Of a DNA stretch of 32,000 nt, positions 29,068-32,000 are shown piece after piece. A model generated the notes under the pieces. It made no database searches. It had not been told where the DNA came from and saw only the letters and a program-made list of their open reading frames with translations. Position 1 is the stretch's first letter, and every line of letters begins with the position of its first letter. The stretch comes from Halomicrobium mukohataei DSM 12286 (GTDB lineage: Archaea; Halobacteriota; Halobacteria; Halobacteriales; Haloarculaceae): the NCBI RefSeq assembly GCF_000023965.1, contig NC_013202.1, positions 600,001 through 632,000 on the forward strand, in the 5' to 3' direction. Both the position numbers and the translations under genes were made by a program.

Positions 29068-29835
29068 TCAGGGTCCGGAGTACGTCGCCGGCTCGCTCAC
29101 CTGCGCCTGCGAGCACGTCGCGTCGAGACAGCGACGACCTCCGGCGGTCTCGAACAGCGGGAGTCCGCAGGCACAGGTGTCGACGACCACACCCGTGGGG
29201 ATGGCGAAGGCGGCCTCGCAGTCGGGGTGGTGCTCGCAGCCGGCGAACAGCCCGCCCTTCCGGACGATGCGGAGGTCGCCGTCACACTCCGGACACGCCC
29301 ACTCGCGGTCGAAGGCGTCGATGACGCGGTCGTCCAGCGATTCACACTCCCGGTCCAGACACAGTTCGAACGCTCGGCCCCGTTCGGTGCGGATGGTGGG
29401 GAGGCGACAGTCCCGGCAGCGACCGCCGGTGATCGTCGCGTCCGCGGGGAGGCCGTAGCGCTCCGCACAGTTCGAGCACCGGACCGCGCCGTTCGACCGG
29501 ACCAGCGTGCCCGCACACGCCGGGCAGTCGCCGACGGGGATACCGGCCTCCGAGACCGGGTAGCTGGCACTGCCGTGCTCGTCGTGGGTGACCACGCGCA
29601 GGAGGTCGTCGCCGTCGCGGGCGACCACGGTCCCGCCATCGATGGTGACGCTGTCGGGCCGCGTGAGCCACGCGACCGGCTGGTAGCCGTCGGCGTCGTG
29701 GACGAGAACGGTGTTGTCGGGTTTGACCACCACGAGGACCTCGCCGCGTTGCTCGCGGGTCCGCTGTGTCTGTGCGCCGGTCGTCTCGAACAGCGTGGTA
29801 CAGTCGCCGGCCAGCACGCGAGTGTCGTCGTGCAT
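29068..29835 (-). CDS. NucS N-terminal-like domain fused to four C4 zinc ribbons (topoisomerase-type); no nuclease domain
   Basis: Start at ATG 29833-29835. GEVLVVVKPDNTVLVHDADGYQPVAWLTRPDS parallels the NucS N-domain (GDRVIIIKPDGSFLIH...EPVNWQPPGS). Four Cys clusters follow: CPAC..CSNC, CRDC..C.....C, CPEC..GCEHHPDC and CAC..C....C. Confidence 0.7.
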   Translation of the reverse strand: MHDDTRVLAGDCTTLFETTGAQTQRTREQRGEVLVVVKPDNTVLVHDADGYQPVAWLTRPDSVTIDGGTVVARDGDDLLRVVTHDEHGSASYPVSEAGIPVGDCPACAGTLVRSNGAVRCSNCAERYGLPADATITGGRCRDCRLPTIRTERGRAFELCLDRECESLDDRVIDAFDREWACPECDGDLRIVRKGGLFAGCEHHPDCEAAFAIPTGVVVDTCACGLPLFETAGGRRCLDATCSQAQVSEPATYSGP

Positions 29836-29935
29836 GGGCGGGGCTGGTCGCGTCTCGGTACTTGAACGCTCGGACGGGCAGCAGGGACCAGAGGGGAGGA
29901 AAGCGGGACCGCGGGGAGTCGGGCGGCCGGCGGGA

Positions 29936-30175
29936 TCAGTCGTCCCGGCCGTGTCCCCGGCCGAGACGGAGAGCGGCGACGTGGAGCGCGAGCGTCGCCA
30001 CGAGGAGGAACAGCTCCTGTCCGCCGAGTCCACCGAACATGAGGGCGGGGTAGACCAGCGGGAGCGCCACAGCGGTCCAGAACGCCGTCGCTTCGACGGG
30101 ACGGAAGGCGAGCGTTCGGATGGACTGTGCGTCGAGGGCGACCGTGTCGGAGTCGAAGGGCGGTGCGATGGACAT
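29936..30175 (-). CDS. small two-TM membrane protein (paralog of 30358-30612)
   Basis: The shared pattern with its neighbour is AFW.AV.LP.VY..L.F.......L......L..HV......G.G. Start taken at ATG 30173-30175 because the upstream ATG (30217) sits within an ATTATAT box. The start is uncertain. Confidence 0.6.
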   Translation of the reverse strand: MSIAPPFDSDTVALDAQSIRTLAFRPVEATAFWTAVALPLVYPALMFGGLGGQELFLLVATLALHVAALRLGRGHGRDD

Positions 30176-30357
30176 TGGAGCGTTCTCCTCGCTCGTCGCT
30201 ATGTCCGACACCAGCATATAATGGGCCGACGGTTGGGTAGAATTTAGCTCGTTTCAGCGGAGGTAGTCGGTATTTTACACCGCCGCGGCGGTGTTTCACG
30301 CGTTTCGAGACCGGTCGAGAGCGCCGGAGAAAATTTATCGGCGCTGTTAACACTGTA

Positions 30358-30612
30358 TCAGCCGTTCGGGTCGTAGCCACTGCCGGCGAGGACCGTGAGC
30401 ACGTGCGCGACGAGCAGCGCCGACACGGCGAGAGTGGGCCAGTGACCGTCGACGAACAGGAGCGGAACGTAGACCACTGGCAGGACGACGGCCAGCCAGA
30501 ACGCCAGTCGGCGAGCGATCAGGACGGAGCTACGCAGGACCGTCCGCACCCGACAGACGAGCGCGGGTGCGCGGTCGACCCCACGCCGCTCGGTGGTTTC
30601 GGGTTCCGACAT
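30358..30612 (-). CDS. small two-TM membrane protein (paralog of 29936-30175)
   Basis: 84 aa with an ATG start. It has the same conserved AFW...LP.VY...HV core as the neighbouring gene. Confidence 0.6.
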   Translation of the reverse strand: MSEPETTERRGVDRAPALVCRVRTVLRSSVLIARRLAFWLAVVLPVVYVPLLFVDGHWPTLAVSALLVAHVLTVLAGSGYDPNG

Positions 30613-30750
30613 CGTGGACGATCACATATTGTCTGTCCAACCATTTAACAGTGAGGTGTGATAGCAATAGACATGCAAAAGTGATCGACGCCGTCAGGAG
30701 TTGGGAAGTAAATTGCAGTGGCCGAACCAGTGTCGGGCCACCAGACGACC

Positions 30751-30832
30751 GATACTGCCGGCGACGACTTCGTGAGGAGAGTCGCCGCCCCCGAGGCGGC
30801 GAGGCCGTTCACGCCGACAGCCGGTAGTGGGA
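30751..30832 (+). repeat. C-element copy 3 (hairpin family)
   Basis: GATACTGCCGGC, CTTCGTGA, CGTTCAC and ACAGCCGGTAGT blocks are collinear with copy 1. The apical stem TCGCCGCC (30782-30789) / GGCGGCGA (30795-30802) is again compensated. Confidence 0.55.
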
Positions 30833-30887
30833 CGGACACGCAGGCGCGAACGCTACGCATTTGTCACTGCGAGAGAACCAGACGAGC

Positions 30888-31532
30888 ATGGACGCCGCGT
30901 GTTTCGACATGGACGGAGTGCTGGTGAACTCGGAGGACTACTGGATCGAACTGGAGCGCGAGGAGATCCTGCCGACGGCGGTCCCCGACCAGGAGGTGCC
31001 GGTCGAGGAAGTGACCGGGATCTTCTACGAGGAGCAGTACGACGTGCTCGACGAGAGCTACGACCTGGCCGTCGACTACGAGGCGTTCGTCTCGCTGTAC
31101 GAGGGAGCGGCCGACGAAATCTACGGCGACCAGGTCGAACTCACGCCCGGCGTGCGAGCGCTGCTGACGGAGCTGCGCGAGGCCGGCGTGCCCGTCGCCA
31201 TGGTGACGGCCTCGCCGCCCGAGTGGTACGAGATCGTCCTCGAACGGTTCGACCTCGGGGAGCTGTTCGACACCGTCGTCAGCTCCGCGGACCTCGACGG
31301 CCCCGGGAAGCCCGAGCCGACGATCTACGAGCGCGCCGCCGCCGAGCTGGGCGTCGATCCAGCGACCGCGCTGGCCGTCGAGGACTCCCACCACGGGACG
31401 ACCGCGGCCCACCGTGCGGGGATGACCGTCGTCAGCTTCGGCGTCGGTGCGGCCGCAGGTGCGACCGAGAACGCCGACCTCGTCGCCGAAACGCCCGCGG
31501 AGATGGCCGAGATCGTCCGATCTCGACTCTGA
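30888..31532 (+). CDS. HAD-superfamily hydrolase (beta-phosphoglucomutase/phosphatase-like, subfamily IA)
   Basis: Motif I is FDMDGVLVNSE. Later motifs are VTAS and KPEP...ALAVEDS..G. Start taken at ATG 30888; the track uses TTG 30861. Confidence 0.85.
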   Translation: MDAACFDMDGVLVNSEDYWIELEREEILPTAVPDQEVPVEEVTGIFYEEQYDVLDESYDLAVDYEAFVSLYEGAADEIYGDQVELTPGVRALLTELREAGVPVAMVTASPPEWYEIVLERFDLGELFDTVVSSADLDGPGKPEPTIYERAAAELGVDPATALAVEDSHHGTTAAHRAGMTVVSFGVGAAAGATENADLVAETPAEMAEIVRSRL

Positions 31533-31535
31533 GCG

Positions 31536-32000
31536 TCATCGTTCGACACTGACGGTCCGAGATTCCCTGACCGGCGGGATCGGCAACTCGGGGAAGGTGA
31601 CCTCGATCGCGAAGGTGAGTTCGTCGGCGTCACCGCCGAACGCGGCGACCGGGACCGTCGCCTGACCGAGGTACGACGGTTTGGTGGTCATCTCGTGGCC
31701 GTTGACAGTCACGCGGATGCCGGCGCGGGCGCTGCCGGCGACCGAGCGGACCGTCACCTCGTGGAGTTCGCGCTCCCCGGCCGCGATCTGGTCCGGGAAC
31801 TCGCCCCACTCGACGACGACGTTTGGCAGGTCGGTCGCGTTGTCGCGGACGCGCTCGGCGACGCTCTCGGAGAGCCCGGCCGCGACGAGTCCGGCGACGC
31901 CAGCGTCGACGACATCCGCAGGGGTGCGAAAGCCCTCGGCGGCGAGCGTGCGCGCCCGCCCGGGGCCGACCCCGTCGATCGCCGTGAGGCCCGCCGCGTC
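31536..32000 (-). CDS. C-terminal part of a helix-hairpin-helix-containing protein, possibly a Ski2/Hel308-like helicase (partial, runs off the window end)
   Basis: The minus frame is open from the window edge to TGA 31536-31538. It reads ...LTAIDGVGPGRARTLAAEGFRTPADV... (an HhH motif) followed by a beta-rich tail. Good G/C3 bias. The function is only a guess. Confidence 0.55.
   Translation of the reverse strand, partial: DAAGLTAIDGVGPGRARTLAAEGFRTPADVVDAGVAGLVAAGLSESVAERVRDNATDLPNVVVEWGEFPDQIAAGERELHEVTVRSVAGSARAGIRVTVNGHEMTTKPSYLGQATVPVAAFGGDADELTFAIEVTFPELPIPPVRESRTVSVER

Noticed and set aside
31925-31940. A 15-nt identity between the 3' arm of E-element copy 1 (CGCCGAGGGCTTTCG, 4946-4960) and the minus-strand coding sequence of the HhH motif (LAAEGF) in the partial helicase-like gene.
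   Set aside because: The similarity does not extend beyond 15 nt and the sequence is GC-rich. It is most simply a coincidence, and there is no evidence for antisense targeting. A genome-wide count of this 15-mer would settle it.

Overview
This is a high-GC haloarchaeal chromosomal core segment, judged from acidic proteins, strong G/C third-position bias and the operon order 16S-tRNAAla-23S-5S-tRNACys. The minus strand carries a complete rRNA operon (about 14.6-20.4 kb). It includes both bulge-helix-bulge-type processing stems, tandem CCCTTAAGT promoter boxes, a tRNA-like minihelix before 5S and a hairpin+T6 terminator after 5S. The flanking genes are housekeeping: a wHTH regulator with a small membrane protein, a Gfo/Idh/MocA oxidoreductase, an aldo/keto reductase, a truncated globin, DUF429, a cold-shock protein, a beta carbonic anhydrase and a pilin-like/60-aa/GT87 cluster. 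They also include a Xi-class GST, uL16, a RimK-type ATP-grasp ligase, Hsp20, type I GAPDH, MC1, an AbrB-like protein and pyrD. A tRNA-centred run follows (NucS-N/zinc-ribbon protein, endA, trpS, pheS, pheT), then two paralogous small membrane proteins, a HAD hydrolase and a helicase-like 3' fragment. I find no transposase, integrase, CRISPR array, toxin-antitoxin pair or recognisable defence operon, so I cannot support a novel protein-based system here. The material that looks undescribed is non-coding. First, there are two copies (4668-4992 and 12600-12972) of a conserved three-helix core of about 190 nt, with wobble-preserving substitutions that favour a + strand RNA. Second, there are three copies (4704-4786, 20410-20492, 30751-30832) of an ~83-nt hairpin element whose apical stem covaries; one copy sits as a clean insertion inside copy 1 of the larger element. 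Lesser oddities are a low-GC islet with a decayed ORF (10.3-11.2 kb), an AT-rich gene-free stretch upstream of gap, and a NucS N-domain fused only to zinc ribbons.
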